Shown here one piece after another: positions 60,974 through 64,000 of a stretch of 64,000 nucleotides of DNA (positions are counted from its first letter, which is position 1; every line of letters starts with the position of its first letter). Origin of the DNA: Fimicolochytrium jonesii. Lineage: Eukaryota. The notes under the pieces are model-generated. The model saw only the letters and a list, made by a program, of their open reading frames with translations, searched no databases and was not told the DNA's origin. The position numbers were made by a program, and so were the translations under genes. Location of the stretch: contig NW_026515670.1 in assembly GCF_025526975.1 (NCBI RefSeq), forward strand, positions 1,674,001 through 1,738,000, given 5' to 3'.

Positions 60974-62131
60974 ATGGTTTATGCACAACCAAAGAGCGAC
61001 ACAGCAATGAACATTGAAATAGCCAAGAAACTTATCAACCGATATGCCGATACCGTCCATCAAAAGAATGGAACGATAGGATTGGCTGCGAGTAGCCGAA
61101 AGGTATACCTCTCTGCCTGTAATGCACTTGAAGCATACGGAATTCTTGATCCGAACGTTCTATCATCGCCAACCGATGTCATGAAAATCTTGAAAAAGAA
61201 TTACCCCAAAGACGATGGAGCGAATTGTACAAAGGTGTTGTCCGCTATGTTCAAAATTATGACAAACGAGGAAAAAATAGGATTGTACGATTGGCTTTCG
61301 TCTAGCCTCTATGGTGAAACTGCAAAGAAACGATTCCTAGATTCGTGCACAATGGACAAACTTACGCATATTGACGAAATGGGACATTTCTATCTCAAGA
61401 TCAACGGCGATCGTTGTAAAGAGATACAAGCCCGCGATCTCGTAATGGATAAAGAATATGAAACGAAGCACTTCATTGAAAAAGACCCTTTAATCAACAC
61501 TCTTTACGAGAAATTGGATGAACTTAAAGAAAAGGCCGTCAAAGACCCTTATAAGTATGGTTTGTTGCTTGCAGCGGCTTGTTTCGTTGGGTCGGATGTT
61601 ATTCGAAGAGCGGACATTGGCCAAGCAAAGTTTATGCACATTTCCGAAGCGGATAATGTTACATTTGATACGGAAACCCATACCTTTCTTATAAAAATAT
61701 GTAATAAGAATAGGGGGGACACCGATGTTCTTATTACGGTTATCGATGACATTGTCAAAAGGCACATTGATAATCTGGTTGATATTCGTAAGGCCAAAGG
61801 ACAGAGTTAATTGTTTGAAAAAGCGCGCAACGCAGGTAAACCCTATGAAGGCGGTGGTTTTGGAAGGGCTATGAAGATCGCTTGTAAACAACATATTGGA
61901 AAAGAACTCGGAGTCAATGAACTTAGAAAAATCGTAGTGATCGACTCGATCAAATTGGATAACGGAGATCCTTGGGTCCAAAAAGAGTTTGCTAAAAAGC
62001 ATGGTCATTCCTATGCAACACGACAAGTCTATTATAATCTTCAAAGGGAGAAGAACGAAGGCTCATCTAATGATGATGCGATGGATATTGACGATCTTAA
62101 TGACAATTTGGATCTAGATGACAAGTTTTGA
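60974..62131 (+). pseudogene. Tyrosine recombinase (in-frame TAA at 61808-61810)
   Basis: Catalytic pattern IRRADI (R), NKNRG (K), NELRKI (xxxR), HGHS (H), VYY (Y); the stop falls in a typical (Y)LF motif. Confidence 0.8.
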
Positions 62132-62159
62132 AAACCTATTATCCATTTTGCTCTTCATA

Positions 62160-63377
62160 CTAGGCTATGGCCTCCCGTGCATTTTCGAGATTTCCTTCAT
62201 CTTCCCAAGTTGATTGAGACGCATCATAACCACTCCATAGAACCTTGTACTGCTTTATCCTTCTGTTGCCTCTACGTACTACTCTTGAATCAAGTATCGA
62301 ATCAATTTCGTATTCGTCGTTTTCATTGGGATCTGGCTGTGAAGCCATGTTGGGTACGTTGACGGTCCCTGATGGAACCAAGCAAAGATCGTTGGCCGAT
62401 ATTAAACCGGGAAGTCTTGTTCCATCCATTCTGTTTAATCTATACGATGAAACATAACCTGCATAATTACTTTGCACTTTCCCTGCAATTCTATAAGTTT
62501 GTGACGAGAAATACCCCACTTTTGCGCGTCTTTTAATGCCACTTGGTAACGGTATTATCTTTCTTACAACATCTCCCACCTTAAATTCATTCAAAACTGT
62601 TGATTTCACCCCTTTCAATTTCTTGTTCCGTATGCGATCAAAAATGGCTTCATGTTCATCTTGTAAGATTTCATTTGAAGCCTTCCCTGTGGCATACGTT
62701 TTCGTGTTGTTTAAATTATCTATGAGTTTTTGAAGATAATTTGGCCAATCCCGTTTTCCGAATCGGATCGAGGAATAGATCAGATTTTTTATATTTTTGT
62801 TAACAGATTCAATCTGTCCTTGACCTTGGGGGACTCCGGGTTGTCCAAACTTCCACTCCACGTTATTCGAGTCGGCCCACTCTTGTACCTGACCTTGAAA
62901 TTCCGTACCTACATCGGATGTGAAACTTACTGATACAGCGCCATCCCGTTTCATTGTTTCTAGAAACTTGACAACAGTGGCTTGATCTTGTGTTTTCATC
63001 GCCATACTATACACTTTTTTAGTGAGAATATCCGAAGCATTGACCGAATACTTGTACCCATTGTATGCTATTGCCGTCAAATTTATACAATCAATCTGGT
63101 AATTTCCTTCCTTTCTGGCCAAAATCGGTTTTATCGAGCCTCGGGATCCCATAACTTTTGTAGACCTCTGCCAAATCTCTTGCTTCTTGAGAAAGTCGTT
63201 AAGAAGGGTTCTTTGCGAAATCCTACGAGTTGGAAATGCTTTTCTATATGCATACCACAATTTGTCTCGTCCTAGAAAGTTTTGATTCTGATAGTAAAAC
63301 TTGGTGAGGTTCCGGAGATCCTCCGGAGTGATGGGGTCATATCTGAGAGATGAAGGGCCTTTGTTGTCGGAGTCCAT
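62160..63377 (-). CDS. Polinton-type rve (DDE) integrase with C-terminal chromodomain
   Basis: FYY..NFLGRDKLW, YQID, TSDVGTEF, QGQIESVNK, FKVGDVVR; chromodomain EYEIDSILDSR...YKVLWSGYDASQSTWE..NL. Confidence 0.92.
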   Translation of the reverse strand: MDSDNKGPSSLRYDPITPEDLRNLTKFYYQNQNFLGRDKLWYAYRKAFPTRRISQRTLLNDFLKKQEIWQRSTKVMGSRGSIKPILARKEGNYQIDCINLTAIAYNGYKYSVNASDILTKKVYSMAMKTQDQATVVKFLETMKRDGAVSVSFTSDVGTEFQGQVQEWADSNNVEWKFGQPGVPQGQGQIESVNKNIKNLIYSSIRFGKRDWPNYLQKLIDNLNNTKTYATGKASNEILQDEHEAIFDRIRNKKLKGVKSTVLNEFKVGDVVRKIIPLPSGIKRRAKVGYFSSQTYRIAGKVQSNYAGYVSSYRLNRMDGTRLPGLISANDLCLVPSGTVNVPNMASQPDPNENDEYEIDSILDSRVVRRGNRRIKQYKVLWSGYDASQSTWEDEGNLENAREAIA

Positions 63378-63646
63378 CTTTCGTTTATCAATTGACCACA
63401 AATTAATGTTGTAGTCAATTTTTTTGTCATTGTTTGGTAAAAAATTGAGAAAAATACCTGAATCTTTTCTCGGGCATGAGCGCTCAGTCAAGAGGTCATA
63501 CTATATAGGCAAGATTCGAAAAGCCCGATAATGCACAACCCAAAATAATAAAATGGCTCAGGAGTTTGGTCGCGCAGAAGATGTCTTTGTTGCTCAACTC
63601 GGAGAATAGTTTTTCGTCTTATTCAGGACGGAAATCTTGGAAATCT

Positions 63647-63856
63647 TCAAGCGGTCTTTTTCCGCCTAGTGCCTTTAGGTTTTACCTGGTCGTCTAAACT
63701 CTTCTGTACCAATGCTTCTGCCATTTCCTTTTGTAAGGATTCGAGTATTTCTTTTCTGGAGTTTTCGTTAACGTCTAACCAAAGGCGATCTTGGGAAAGC
63801 GCTGCTAAAACCGTGTCATACGTTTCTTTTGTTACAGTATCTGGTATAAAGAACAT
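63647..63856 (-). CDS. Small hypothetical viral protein
   Basis: 69-aa ORF co-oriented and tightly packed with neighbouring viral genes. Confidence 0.45.
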   Translation of the reverse strand: MFFIPDTVTKETYDTVLAALSQDRLWLDVNENSRKEILESLQKEMAEALVQKSLDDQVKPKGTRRKKTA

Positions 63857-63877
63857 TTCTATTCAAAAACCAACAAT

Positions 63878-64000
63878 TTAAAAAAAGTGGTGAAACCCGT
63901 CTTTGTCGCAATACCGGTACATCGTTCGCGCATCATCCGCTGCCAAATTCACATATGCAAACGAATACGGCTCCTTTGTGCTTTCGGTAAGATACGATAG
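63878..64000 (-). CDS. C-terminus of a putative A32/FtsK-like packaging ATPase (gene extends beyond window)
   Basis: LSYLTESTKEPYSFAYVNL...MYR resembles the T.EPYSFL.ID C-terminal motif of Polinton/PLV ATPases; only 40 aa visible. Confidence 0.5.
   Translation of the reverse strand, partial: LSYLTESTKEPYSFAYVNLAADDARTMYRYCDKDGFHHFF

Larger units (their letters stand above)
53919..64000. mobile_element. Endogenous Polinton-like/virophage-like DNA virus element (continues beyond window)
   Basis: Abrupt switch to AT-rich, intronless, densely packed ORFs: primase-helicase, second D5 helicase, tyrosine recombinase, rve integrase, putative packaging ATPase. Confidence 0.8.

Noticed and set aside
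60974..62131. Starship captain (DUF3435) or Crypton recombinase
   Set aside because: Short, intronless and embedded among viral replication genes; I see no DUF3435-like features

Overview
Intron-rich eukaryotic genomic DNA. The gene content (class C GPCR, EF-hand GPD2/GUT2, short GT-AG introns, TTAGGG repeats) suggests an early-diverging fungus, probably a chytrid; this is inference. Housekeeping genes are a GUT2/GPD2, ETF-QO, a ZIP transporter, MBF1, PMI40, an Rrn10-like protein, two PhoD-like phosphatases, a GT32, Elongin A and YSC84/SH3YL1. They are interspersed with decayed mobile DNA: Helitron, Tc1, MULE relics and two TET/JBP-like dioxygenase relics, several bounded by short telomeric CCCTAA tracts. 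From about 48 kb there is a nested stack: a Ty3/gypsy element, then a copia-type LTR, then an AT-rich intronless endogenous DNA-virus-like element (from ~53.9 kb past the window end). That element encodes two D5-like SF3 helicases (one fused to an AEP primase), a tyrosine recombinase, an rve integrase with chromodomain and probably an A32-like packaging ATPase. It also carries iteron-like repeat arrays. All family assignments come from motif recognition by eye; no searches were run.
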